Shown: positions 25,433 to 39,244, counted from the stretch's first letter. The stretch: 64,000 nucleotides of DNA from Octopus sinensis (GCF_006345805.1 NC_043016.1:496001-560000), one strand, 5' to 3'. Program-made: numbers and translations. Notes: generated by a model not told the origin, from the sequence alone.

Positions 25433-25799
25433 CAATACTACTAATAATATTTCATAACAACAACAACAACCACAGCTATACTTACGAGGTATGATCAATG
25501 AGTATCATTCTGCGTGCTTTAGCTTCGTTACTATGCCAACAGTCCGCATACTTATTGATCGGACCACGTATAATAATAATAACAACAACAACAACAATAA
25601 TAATGATAATGATAAGAGCATTATCGCTGTGAAAACAATATCCATTCATGAATTTATTTATTTATTAATTTTAAAATACATATTTTATCTGTGAATTTGC
25701 GCGTGTTATCTGGGAATGTATACAATGAGCTTCTCTGCCCTAGGTGTACGGAAAACACTCGGCGAGAAACGGAAGAAAATTTGAAGAAAGAAGGAAAAA

Positions 25800-25804
25800 G
25801 CATA

Positions 25805-25850
<46 letters not shown>

Positions 25851-26064
25851 TGATGATGATGATGATGATAATGATGATGATAATAATAATAATAATAATA
25901 ATATAATAATAATAATACTATATAATAATAATAATAATATGATAACAATAATAATAATAATAATAATGATGATGATGATGATATAATAATAATAATAATA
26001 ATAATAATGAGTGATGATAATACTAATATAATAATAATAATAATAATATGATGATGATGATGAT

Positions 26065-26100
<36 letters not shown>

Positions 26101-26113
26101 TGTAATGATAATA

Positions 26114-26144
<31 letters not shown>

Positions 26145-26319
26145 TATAATGATGATGATGAGATGATGATGATGATAATAATAATAATAAATAATAATAA
26201 TAATAATAATAATGATGATAACAATAATATAATAATAATAATAATAATGATAATGATGATGATAATAATAATAATAATAATAATAATGATGATGATATAA
26301 TAATAATAATAATAATATA

Positions 26320-26378
<59 letters not shown>

Positions 26379-26388
26379 AATGATAATA

Positions 26389-26419
<31 letters not shown>

Positions 26420-26473
26420 TAATAATGATGATGATGATGATGATGATGATAATAATAATAATAATAATAATAA

Positions 26474-26516
<43 letters not shown>

Positions 26517-26538
26517 TAATATAATAATAATAATAATG

Positions 26539-26604
<66 letters not shown>

Positions 26605-26616
26605 TAATAATAATAA
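25800..26616. repeat. ~820-bp (AAT)n/(GAT)n tract
   Basis: Seen directly. Confidence 0.97.
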
Positions 26617-27140
26617 GTGAGGGCTAGGGAGAGGCAAGACGTGGTATGAGGGCCAACCGCAGAGAGTGGCAGACTCGGAGACAAGTAAAATTATCTGGAA
26701 TTTTGGAATCCAAACAGATCAAGTGCTAGAACATAACGGTGGTGGTGGGCAAGGTGCACTACATATACTATATAATTGATGTTGCCTTTCCCTTTGACCC
26801 ACGAATACTCAAGAAGGAAGGCGAAAATATGGATAGACACAACCCTCTTAAGTACGAAATAGCTCGGCTATGGAAAATGAAGAAGGTGAAGATAGTGCCA
26901 ATTATTCTTGAGCCCTTGGGAACAGAATCAGAAGGCACCCAGAGGAATATAAAGGAAATTGGAATAGAGTACCCAGTAGAACTGTTACAAAAGGTTTACT
27001 TCCTTGGCACGGCCAGAATGATCAGGAAGGTATTAAATAGTTGAAAAGAACGAATAGCATGGTACCGTAGGTAGTAAGCCTGCTACGCATACAAGACACC
27101 AGGAGCTCCAACGAACCTGTGATAAAGAGAAAATAGTAAC
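26617..27140 (+). mobile_element. R4/Dong-clade 3' fragment, family C
   Basis: KTWYEGQPQRV..KIIWNFGIQTDQVLEHN..IIDVAFPFD..LKYEIARLWKMKKVKIVPIILEPLG..LQKVYFLGTARMIRKVL*. Confidence 0.85.
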
Positions 27141-27173
27141 ATCGTCACCACCACGACCACCACGACCACCACC

Positions 27174-27205
<32 letters not shown>

Positions 27206-27214
27206 CACGACCAC

Positions 27215-27252
<38 letters not shown>

Positions 27253-27267
27253 ACAACAACAACAACT

Positions 27268-27582
27268 GCCCTGATGCAATACCAGGCAGTGGCTCTGACG
27301 GCTCCTAATTTTAACTGACTGGAAGTGTTATCATGTACATTTTTTTGTCTTGGTATAAAAGATGGGCTACAGCAAATATTCTGCTCAATACCACAGAATT
27401 GCTTGTCAGTTGTTTTACCTTATCCAGTTGAGCATGTCTCTTAGTGGCTGACGATATGTGCATCTCTGATCATGAGCAGAAGTAGTGGGGGAGCATCGTA
27501 ACCATGAGTTGAGAGGAACTCTTTGGGGTTTGGATTATTCACCTCTGGAAACATGGGTGTTTCGTTCATCATCCTTAAACAA
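27268..27582 (+). mobile_element. 5' half of N560
   Basis: GCCCTGATGCAATACCAGGCAGTGGCTCT... collinear with the first ~315 bp of 31788-32342. Confidence 0.8.
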
Positions 27583-27689
27583 ACTTTATGCAGAGCAAAC
27601 AATTCATAAGTTTAAAAACACCACAAAATTTATGCCCGGAGAGAACTCTATCAAAAAAAAAAAAAAAAAAAAATTACAGACGAATACAG

Positions 27690-30600
27690 ATCTGTGAACC
27701 TTAAGAAGCTACGTTACGAGCAATGTTTTCATTTAGGGAACTCGGAGGCAGTGTTGGTCTTAAAACAATAACCTTAAACAGACAGATCCGTCCCCTGATG
27801 TCAACGTCCAAGCTCGTTATGCCTCAATGAAGCAAAGCGAAATACCGAACTGCCGTAACCCGGTTCAACAAGGGCCGCTTACTCCAGTGAAGAACCAGAC
27901 TGGATACGAAAAATCAGCTACTGGTCCTCAAATCTTTTCAAAATACAGGAGCTGGAAGTACCCCACGACCGGAATATTCCAACAGATGGCCATTCACGCT
28001 CGTCATCAAATATACCAAAAAAAAAGAAAGAAAGAAAAGAATGAAAAATGGTCTAGGGGAGATAATAAAGAAGTTCTTAGAGTCATGTATTTCCCCACAA
28101 ATAAATGTAATACTGAACCAACCTACCTAAACTGGAAACAGAAGTACCTTGAAATAAGACCCTACGTAGACAGTAACAAACTTGCCAACGTCAGAAGAAA
28201 CATAATGAAAAAGAAATTACTAACTGAATGAGAGATTGACCAAATTAAATAATCATTAAGAGATAAAAGGTACGAAGTTGCAAGTAAAGAAGATACTACT
28301 GAGGAAAAAATTATAGACCAGCCCAGGTCTGATGAAAATGCAGTAATTATAGAAAGAGAGTCAATGTAACTGATAAGCAAAGTGAAATACTCTCTGAACT
28401 AACCATAAACATTAAGGCAGAGGAAAATCAAAGAGATGAAGAAAGTCACAGAAATTTGACCTAACTGGACTAAATGATCTAAAAAATCAAATCATGATTG
28501 AATGGCTGAAGATTAAAGAAACCAGTATGCATGAACGTGGCACTCTCCCAAAAATCCGCAACTCTAACCAAAAGCTGAAAGTAATTGGTAAAATCCGCCT
28601 TGCACTTAAGGATATAATTTCAGCTAATGATGTTGATATTACAGATCTCAACCACCTGTACTATGCATCGCGAAAATCTCAACGATTCTATGTGGTGAAA
28701 AGATTAGAAAATGACAACATTCCCACAAGAAGCCTACCTGGCAAGAGCGTATTCAACGCCAAATTCAGCTAGTTAGGTTTGACATAGACTGTTTAAAAAC
28801 CTTAAGTCTGTCAAGACTATCAAACCAACAGAAATCCGAAAATTGAAGAAAAAATATATGAAAACCATATTTAACATCGATACCAGCTTAGAAACTATCA
28901 AGAAAGAGGTATGTGCTAAAGCTGCCCACAAACCAGGGTATGAAAAGCGCGTTAGATTCTTCAAGGACAGCTTGTTCAAAAATAACCCCAAAAATTATTA
29001 CAAAAAGTTAGAGAAAGGAACAGTTACAGTAAAGTATGTTCCATCTAAAGAAGTGCAAGAATTTTGGAATAAAATTTGGGCATAAGAAAAAACACACAAT
29101 GAAAAGGCCCCTTGGATTGATAGAATATCTGCTGACTTAGACTCCTTAGAAGAGCAAAAGTGGGAGGGTATCAAGGCAGAAGATATAAGATCTGCTCTCA
29201 GGAATTCAAGCAAATGGAAGTCTCCAGGAAAGGATAAAATTCCTAACTTCTGGTTGAATACATTCTCAGAAAGTCATGAACCGCTAATAAAACTTAACAA
29301 CAATGTTTTGCAACAACCTAGTATGATTCCCTCTTGGCTGTAACATGGTGTAACATTCCTATTTCCAAAAAAGGAAGTAACAAATGAACCAAAGTTATTG
29401 ACCCATAACCTGCTTAACAATAATGTATAAAATACTAAGATCTGTCTAGACTATAGTTTTTAAATAGAAAATTGGCATATTCCATAATGAATAAACATGA
29501 TGTAAACATGGGACCTATGGTTGTAAAGATCAGCTGCTCATCAATAAGATGATCTTGGGAGATTGTCACAAACGACAAAAAACTTGTAGCCTGGGTAGAC
29601 TATAAAAAAAAACTTTTTATAGTCTACCACGTAGCTGGATTAAGAAATGTCTGGAATTGTATAAAATAGCGCCTACTCTGCGAAACTTCTTGTCTGTAAG
29701 TATGAGATCTTGAAGAACTACACTGACTTTGGACAGTAACAATGAATCACTCAATGCTGGAGATGTAAGAATTTCATGTGGAATTTTCTTTTGTCTAATC
29801 TTATACCTCTCTCGAAATTGCTCGATGATGTACAATATGGCTATAATATGTTTGATATAAATATAAACCATCTCTTTTACATGGATGATTTAAAGTTCTT
29901 TGCAAAAAAGACCAATAACTACAGGGTTTATTAGCGATTGTTAAACAATTCAGTGATGACATCAGGATGAAATTTGGCCTCGATAAATGTGCAAAAGCTA
30001 CATTTATCAAAGGAAAAATGACAGAAACATCCAACGTTAATCTTGACCAGCAGAATGTTATAAAAGGAGTTAGAACCAGCGGAGAGCTACAAATACCCAG
30101 GGGTATTTGAAGGTGATAGAATCAAAACTCAATGATGAGTGAAAGGATCAGAAGAGAATGTTATCGCGGAGTAAGGGCAATACTCAAGACAGCTGAATAC
30201 AAGAAACAGGATCGAAGCGATCAATATTTTAGCCATACCGGTCGTGATTTACAGTTTCAATATCATTAATTGGTCAATTACCGAAATACGCAATCTTGAC
30301 AGAAAAATACGAAAATTGTTGACAAAGCAAAGAATGCACCACCCTAAGGCAGATATAGAACGACTTTATCTGCCAAGAAAAGAGGGAGGTCGTGAACTTT
30401 TACAACTAGAATTAACAATGAAGATTGCCACAATTGACCTAAACACCTATCTGAAAAACTCTGATGATTGGATGTTAAAATGTGTCTTAAAGCATGAAAA
30501 GAAGAAAGCATTACACTCAGTAACAAAGCAGGCAAAGGAATATCTAAGTGAGCTCTGAACACAACAAATTCCAGAATCAGACGTACTAGAAATAAGCGCA

Positions 30601-31620
30601 GAAAAAGCTAAGCGTATGAAAACCAGTGCTAAAACTGCTTCCTGAGATATTCTGACAGATATTCTGAGATATTCTGACTGATAAAAACCTCTAAATGGCA
30701 AATACTCAAAAAGAGCGAATAATGCCGATGTTGACAAAGCCCTGACCCATCAATGGCTAATGGCTTCTGGCTTAAAATCAGAAACAGAAGGTTTATCATA
30801 GCGGCCCAAGATCAATGCCTACCTACAAGGAACTACTAACCCAACATATTAAAAAACAGCAGTAGCCTGACGTGTCATGTATGTAAACAACAAAATGAAA
30901 CTATCAATCATGTTGTCTCCATGTACAGTCTTCTTGCGCCTACAGAGTATCTCAACAGGCATGATAGAGCAGCACAGTATCTTTACTGGGTAATTTGCAA
31001 AAGCCTGGACCTGCCCCACGATAAAAACTGGTGGGAACACAAACCACCTCCAGTCTTGAAAATGATCACATATCTCTCCTCTGGAAACTAATTCAAACTG
31101 AAAAAAAAAATAGATGCAAATTGGCCAGACATTCTATTGAAAGACTTCAGACAAAAATCATGCCTCCTCATTGATATGACTGTCCCAATCGATATAAATG
31201 TATCTGTTAAGACCTACCAGAAACTGAGCAAATATAAAAATCTTGAAATAGAAACTGGCAAAATGTAGAACCACAAAACTAAAACAATACCTGTTGTCAT
31301 AGGTGCCCTAGGAATGATAGCAAAAGGGCTGATTCCTTCCTAGCTCAGATACCAGGAAACCCCAAAATGGCAGAAATTTAAAAGATAGTGCTCATGGGAA
31401 CTGCCCATATCCTACGTAAAATACTGTCTATGTAATCTCAAATTTTAAAACAAACTCATAATTTTCTTGTTTTCTTCAACATTCTCTAGAACAACACTAT
31501 GTGCAAAACCAAATATATGACACCCTTGGCACAACACCAGCCTGAACTTCTAGCTTGTTGTCTCTTGAGGTCTCTAGGTGAGGCTTGGCGTCAACTTACA
31601 ATGCAGGAGTTAAACATATG
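27690..31620 (+). mobile_element. Near-full-length R4/Dong-clade LINE family B (~3.9 kb; single ORF broken by stops and frameshifts)
   Basis: Candidate ATG at 27827; N-terminal KWSRGDNKEV..SNKLANVRRNI; KWKSPGKDKIPNFWLN; YMDDLK; RMHHPKADIERLYLPRK; zinc-knuckle remnant; PDIL..IDMTVPIDIN; (AAT)n tail. Confidence 0.9.
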
Positions 31621-31659
31621 ATAATGATGATGATTATGATGATGATGATGATGATGATG

Positions 31660-31786
<127 letters not shown>

Positions 31787-31787
31787 T

Positions 31788-32342
31788 GGCCCTGATGCAG
31801 TACCAGGCAGCGGCTCTCATGGCTTCTGATCTTAACTGATTGGAAGTGTTATCATGTACATTGTTTTGTCTTGGTATAAAAGATGGGCTACAGCAAATAT
31901 TCTGCTCAATACCACAGATTTGCTTCTCAGTTGTTTGACCATAACCAGTTGACCATGTCCCTTAGTGGCTGACGATATGTGCATCTCTAATCATGAGTAG
32001 AAGTAGTGGGGGAGCATCATAGCCGTGTGTTGAAAGGAATTCTTAGAGGTTTGGATAATTCGCCTTTGGAAACATGGGTGTTTCGTTCGACATCTTTAAA
32101 CAATCCTTATTCAGGGACCTTTTGAGCAGGATGCGCTACTCGAACAGAATGAAATTCTAACTGGACCCCACCTGCAAGGTCATGTAGTGGCTATCTTGAT
32201 ATGGGATCACCATGTCGCGCACATATGGTTGTGATTCATGTGCCTGGTGTACCCTTATCAGACGGGTAGTCATGATGGGTATACTGGGCTTCATATATTT
32301 TACCCCAGTGTCACTTTGATGGCATGCACTGCTCTCTCACTC
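31788..32342 (+). mobile_element. N560 element, complete copy between two (AAT)n tracts
   Basis: (AAT)n|GGCCCTGATGCAGTACC ... CTGCTCTCTCACTC|(AAT)n. Confidence 0.85.
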
Positions 32343-32373
<31 letters not shown>

Positions 32374-32427
32374 GTAATAATAGTAATAATAGTAATAATA
32401 ATAATAATAACAACAACAACAACAACA

Positions 32428-32486
<59 letters not shown>

Positions 32487-32556
32487 AATAATAATAACAA
32501 CAACTAGCAGAGAACCCGGCCTTGTTCGGAATTAAAATGCCATAGATTTTTTTATT

Positions 32557-32860
32557 GTTTTACTTGTTTCAGTCATGTGACTTCGGCCATGCTAGAGCAC
32601 CGCCGTTGGTCGGAGAAATCAACCACAGAATTTATTCTTTGTAAGCCTAGTACTCATTCTGTCAGTGTCTTTTACCAAACTGTTAAGTTACAGGAATGTA
32701 AACACAAAAACATCAGTTGTCAAGCAATGGTGGTGGTACAAACACAAGACACAGGCACACACACATACACAAATATATACATATATATACGACAGTCTTC
32801 TTTCAGTTTCCGAGTACGAAATCCACTCAAAAGGTTTGGGTCGGCCTGGGGCTATAATAA
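32557..32860 (-). mobile_element. CORE-SINE S2, 5'-truncated
   Basis: Matches the 3' two thirds of 41782-42190. Confidence 0.75.
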
Positions 32861-32916
<56 letters not shown>

Positions 32917-32939
32917 TCTCGGTGCGAATGGCTTTATTA

Positions 32940-33305
32940 TATGGTGCCGTATTTTACAATCCTGTAAGTAATAATAATGGTGTTTATAAAGATACCATTA
33001 AAATTTATGGTGTTCACCGTGCAATGACTAAGGAAAATAGTCTAATAAAGGGACATATAAGCCCTCGACAGAAAAAAAGAAGGCTTTCTCATCCGCGTGG
33101 GACGCGAACCCACATCCCTTTGTTAACATGACTAAGTGTTTTACCTTTACACACGGATGGGAAAGCCTTCTTTTTTCTATCGAGGGCTTATCGTCCCTTT
33201 ATTAGACTATTTTCCTTAGTCATTGCACGGTGAACACCATAAATTTTAAACTTGTATAAAAATGCCATTATTATTATTTACAAGATTGTAAAATACGGCG
33301 TCGTA
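32940..33305. mobile_element. Foldback MITE with ~160-bp arms, TA TSD (Tc1/mariner-like) and a tRNA-like centre
   Basis: Arms 32940-33099 and 33150-33305; TA at 32938-39 and 33306-07; centre on the minus strand contains GTGGG-TTCGCGT-CCCAC. Confidence 0.75.
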
Positions 33306-33656
33306 TAACAAAACCATGTGCACCAAAAGCGTGTATTTATTGAGAATACCGAACTGTCTGACAAAGGATCTTGATTTTAGGAATTCCCAATAAGTTATGA
33401 AAACCCAAATTGTGAAATCGGTTATGTAATAACATGAAATTAATTACCTTATAGTAAGAATTCATATAAAGTAGCCCCGAAACGGCTTTTATATATTCCC
33501 AGAATATATAGAACATAGGAGGAAATACTAATAAGGTATGTACACTAAAATTGTGAAGCATGTTATGTAATAACAGGCTAATCAGATATGAGATAATAGC
33601 AATTCAAAGTAATTAACTGTGAAAAAAAAGCTTTTGTGCATTCCCAGAAAATATTA

Positions 33657-34076
33657 CTAGTATTGGTATATCTGTGAATAAGTCACTAACCCAAATAAGT
33701 GGATCTATTGTTTAGGAGAATACTATTTACTTGTTTAAGCGTTGTATTGGATAAATTGAGAAAATAACTAAAATAGTTCAAATACTAAGAAATAAGTATA
33801 TTCAATTTTATTTTTACCAAATAATTTACAAAGGAGGGAATGGGTTATTTCCCTTGGAAGCTTCAAATAATTACGCCCGCCGTTCAACCGCGCCCAAATG
33901 TTATTCCTCCCGCCGTTTACCCGAATTTTTTTTTCGAAATCAATTTATGCTTAAAACCTCCTTAGACACATAAGCAATGTGCGTGTGAAAACTTAAGAAA
34001 AATCGGTCGAGCCATTTTGGCGCAAAATGAGGACATACCCACACACACACAGACGTTTTCAGTTTTAATATGTAAG

Positions 34077-34077
<1 letters not shown>
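33657..34077 (-). mobile_element. Non-autonomous Helitron H3
   Basis: 5' a|TCTTACATATTAAAACTG..(TG)n..GGCTCGACCGATTTTTCTT; probable decayed 3' hairpin plus CTAG|t at 33657-33690. Confidence 0.55.
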
Positions 34078-34163
<86 letters not shown>

Positions 34164-35129
34164 CAACAACAACAAGATAAGAACAATAGCAAATAAAATA
34201 ATTAATGGCAATCTTTTCCTATTTGTGTTGCCCTTCTTCTACTACCACCACCAACTGATACAACCGTATCCTATATATCTCCGCCTTTAAACTCTGTTTC
34301 CAACAGCTTTCCTGATCACTGCCTCCTCTTTAACATTACTTACTCCCACCCTCGCTGTCCGTCTCAGGCTTTCCACTTCATAAACAAACCCAACACAGTT
34401 CTAATGCTGTTTTATAACTCTTAAATATCCTCCACTTCTCAACACAACCAAACATTACTTACCATGACCTTTTCCATCCATCATCTTTCGATCTAAGATC
34501 ACATAACAACACACGTACTATAGGAAATCAACCAATGAACCATTGTGAGGTCGCCATGTTTGCTAGAAATAGCAACCTGATCTCGCTTCATTCACAACCG
34601 CTTCATTAAACAGAAGAAAAATTTACTAGATTATATAGATTATGAAATAAATATATAAATAAATAAATGAAGAAGCAAACGAATAAATAAATAAATAAAT
34701 AAATAAATAAGATGAGAGATGACGGCTGAAACATCTTTGATCATAGGTGTTTATTAATAGCAATAAATTGGTACTCAGTATAAAAACGATGACAAAAATA
34801 AGCAGAGTAAAATTTGATCTTCCAGTAAATATTTTCCGTCCAATCAATCTGTCATTTAGTCGACCATTTGACAAATTTGTTCTGAACAAAGCTAGGTACA
34901 AATAGATTACATATATGGATTAGATATACTTGTGACTCCCAGTGGAGCATCGAAAAACATAAACGACTACATCGTTCTTGACTGGTTGGGTATGGACAGG
35001 ATATTTGTTATTTATGTATAATATGTCAAAACATTGTCGAAAGCAAAAGAAACCACAGGCAGAGACCTTGGACAATGTTGATTTGTATTTCACTGATATG
35101 ATGTAAGTGCTATGACAAGAAATTCCTTT

Positions 35130-35412
35130 CAAGTGTGTGTGTGTGTGTGTGTGTGTGTGAATATGTGTGCATATAATTACATGTATGTATGTATGTATGT
35201 ATGTATGTATGCATGCATGCATTATGTATGTATGTATGTATGTATGTATGTATGTATGTATGTATGTATGCATGCATGCATGCATGCATGCATGTATGTG
35301 CGTATATATCTATGTATGTATGTATGTATGTGTGTATGTATGTATGTATTTATGCTATGCGTACAAACTCTTATGTGTACATATATAAATATAAAATATA
35401 TATGTACATGCA

Positions 35413-35452
<40 letters not shown>

Positions 35453-35550
35453 AGTATATATACAAACATAAACACGCATATTCATATGTATAAATATATA
35501 TGTATATCTAAATGCATGTATATAAGCATACATATATGCACACACAAACA

Positions 35551-35646
<96 letters not shown>

Positions 35647-36065
35647 CACACACACGTTCACACACAACCACATACATGCGCATGCACATACACACACACA
35701 CAGAGTCACACATATTTATACATACACAGTAGGTATAAACGCATGTATGTGTACATATCGGTATGTATTTGTATGACTGTTAATTGAAGACTTAGTAGAC
35801 TTGGCTGTTTTGTTTTAACATAATCTTTTTTAAAAAATACGCCATGGAAACTGGATTCACTGTCAGCTTGAATCTTCCCTTGTCTTTTGTTTTAACTGGT
35901 ATAGCTGCATAGACACATACATACATATATACACACACACATACATACATACAGACATAAAATGAGTGTCATTACACCAAATAACTCAAGTACATTCGGC
36001 TCTTTCCCTTTTCTCTCTTGTCCTCTCCCCCACGCACACACTCTCTCTCTCTCTCACACACACAT

Positions 36066-36112
<47 letters not shown>

Positions 36113-36302
36113 GATATATAACATATAATATATTATATATATATAGATATATAATATGTATCATATATATGCATAATATATCTTATATATATGTATGTAT
36201 ATATATATGTATACACACACACACACACATATATATGCATATATACGTGTGTATATATCTTATATGCGCAGATATAGGTATGCTACTCTCTTTATATTAT
36301 AT

Positions 36303-36370
<68 letters not shown>

Positions 36371-36723
36371 ATATATATATAATATATATATTATATATTT
36401 ATACATGTATATACTTATACATATATATGCATACTTATGCATATACGTATATGTATATCCACACCACATGCCACACAATATAAGAGAAAAGAGAGAGAGA
36501 GAGAGCAAAGCGAAAGAGAGAAAGAGGGAAAGAGGGGGAGAAGAGAGAGAATATATAAGAACTAGAATAATATACCTATCAATTTTAAGCTTTTGTCGAG
36601 GTCTTGTAATCAATATAAGTTTTCTTTGAATAGACAAGCCACTTGTCTAGATATGAGAGCGCCCCCGTGAGTGTGTTTGTTGTCTATGTATGTATATATG
36701 TATGTACGTATTTCTGCATGGAG

Positions 36724-36814
<91 letters not shown>

Positions 36815-37017
36815 ATATAGATATATACATATATACATACATATATATATATACATATATATACATATATATATATATAATATATATTATATATATATAT
36901 ATATATACATATATTATATATATGTATATAAATATATATATATCTATACATATGTATAAATTTTGTATATAAATATATGTATATATAAGTATGTATATAT
37001 GTATATATGTATATATG

Positions 37018-37081
<64 letters not shown>

Positions 37082-37085
37082 CCTA

Positions 37086-37117
<32 letters not shown>

Positions 37118-37510
37118 TCTATTTCTTTATCTATCTATATTTATATAAATTTGTATATATACATGTATACGTACATATATAATATGTATTATATACATAT
37201 ATACACATTATATATATATATATATATACATTATATATATATATTACATACAATCATACATACATATATGCATATACATACACACACACGCACACACACA
37301 CACTATTATATGTATATATATATGTATGCATATATATATATGCATACATACTATACACATACACATATACATGCATACATACACATGCATATATGTCAAA
37401 GGAGAGCGGAGAGTAAATGACTGAGAGATGGGAGAGATATGGGCAGAGAGGCAGGGTGTGAGAGAACAACGCCCCCACCACTACCACCACCACCACCACC
37501 ACCACCACTA
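35130..37510. repeat. ~2.4-kb mixed di/tetranucleotide field: (TG), (TATG), (TA), (TATC), (CA), (GA)
   Basis: Seen directly; the source of many spurious IY/CV/LSIY ORFs. Confidence 0.95.
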
Positions 37511-38225
37511 CCTAAGTTTATCAATCATGGAATATTTTAGTCTCCAAGGGAAGCGTTAGAACGGTCAGAGCTCGTATGAGTGGATTATCGAAACATCTCC
37601 CAATAAAACCTGCGTAACGGTTTGGAATCATTCCTAGCAGCACTCACTACTAACATTAGTAGACCTTGTAACGGTAATGATGTAACAAAGTGGAGGAGGG
37701 GTTGTGTGCCGTGTTCAATGGGGAATGAGAAGAGAGTTGTTCGGGCAGGTGTAAGTGCGTGGTGTGTGTGTATATATGTATGTGTGTATGTGTGTGTGTG
37801 TGTGTGCCAATCTTTCTATGGTTATAGGGAAACTATAATGGATGGAAGATTTAAATGGTAATGACAGCAGTTTGCGATAGATAATGATGGTAATAATAGA
37901 GGGTCATTATGATGGTGTGGGTTGCAGTTTGTGATGATGATCATTGTGATGCTTAGGCTAATGGTGGTGGTGGTGGTGGTGGTGGTGATGGTGATGGTGA
38001 TATGATGATGATGAAGGTAGAGTTAACGATGATAACGATGACGATGACGATGACGACGACGACGACGACGATGGTGATGACGATGATAGAAACAAGGAAG
38101 ATGGATCACAGAGTTTATGTCTGATATGTGTCCTGTCTGTCGGTCTCTGTCTCTATCTCTTAGTCTTTCTGTCTATATGTAAGGCTCTCTCTATATGAGT
38201 GTGTCAATGTATCTGTGTGTGTGCA

Positions 38226-38257
<32 letters not shown>

Positions 38258-38259
38258 GT

Positions 38260-38503
38260 TCCTTCTCGAGCCATGCCAGGCTCGTAAGGGCCGGTTTCCC
38301 GGTTTCAGTGGCGTAGAAATTTCCCACCTAGACGGGACACCGATCTGTCACAAGTTTACTCATTTTTGCCAGCTGAGTGGACTGGAGCAACGTGAAAATG
38401 AAGTGTTTTGCTCAAGAACACAACGCATCGCCCGGTCCAGGAATCGAAACCACAACCTTACGATCATGAGTTTAACACCCTAACCACTAAGCCACGCGCC
38501 TCC
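38260..38503 (-). mobile_element. tRNA-headed SINE family S3 (CORE/V-domain-like)
   Basis: Minus strand GGAGGCGCGTGGCTTAGTGGTTAGGGTG..GGTTTCGATTCC..TTGTGTTCTTGAGCAAAACACTT..CCACTCAGCTG..AAATGAGTA. Confidence 0.75.
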
Positions 38504-38514
38504 GAGTGTGTGAC

Positions 38515-38632
38515 GTTTACAGCACCTAGGTTTCCCAAGCGGTCACCCATCTAAGTACTTACTAGGATCGATGTCGCTTAACTTCGGTGATCGGACGAGA
38601 ACCGGTGCTTTCAACGTGATATGACCGTAAGC
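38515..38632 (-). rRNA. 5S: Full-length (118 nt) 5S rRNA-derived copy, probably a pseudogene or retrocopy
   Basis: GCTTACGGTCATATCACGTTGAAAGCACCGGTTCTCGTCCGATCACCGAAGTTAAGC..AGTACTTAGATGGGTGACCGCTTGGGAAAC..GTGCTGTAAAC; box A and box C recognisable; no oligo-T terminator. Confidence 0.9.
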
Positions 38633-38650
38633 AGGTATACACACACACAG

Positions 38651-38709
<59 letters not shown>

Positions 38710-39244
38710 ACACATATATATATATTTATATATATATCTCCATATGTATATTTGTATGTAGATGTATGTATATAAATATATATATATATATATATGTATG
38801 TAGTATTCATGTATGGATAGACCTATAAATGCACACGTCACACATACACACATGTCGAATGAGTGCTCAAAACCGCATTTTTTTGGTGGCTAAATATATT
38901 TTATTTGTGGATTATTAATGTTGTCCATGGTTTCATGCGTAACTTTTTACAATACCTTTTTAAAGCCTGGTACTTATTCTAAAAGTTTCTATTATCGAAC
39001 CGCTAAGTTATGAGGACGTAAACACACCAACACAGGTTGTCAAACGGTGATGGGGGACAAAGACAGACACAAACACACTCACACACACAGCCACACACAC
39101 TCACATACACAGCCACACACACACACACACAAAATGTTTTGATAAATCCGATACCGGAAGAAAGCGCTAAAAATGTAAATAAGATGTAAATAAATAAAAT
39201 ATATATATATATAATCATCCAACATTTTGACTACCTTATTATTT

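Noticed and set aside
34626-35102. Hydrophobic ORF 34626-34901 and a GTAAGT donor at 35103 as membrane-protein exons
   Set aside because: No convincing acceptor/donor pair with an open frame, and no recognisable domain.
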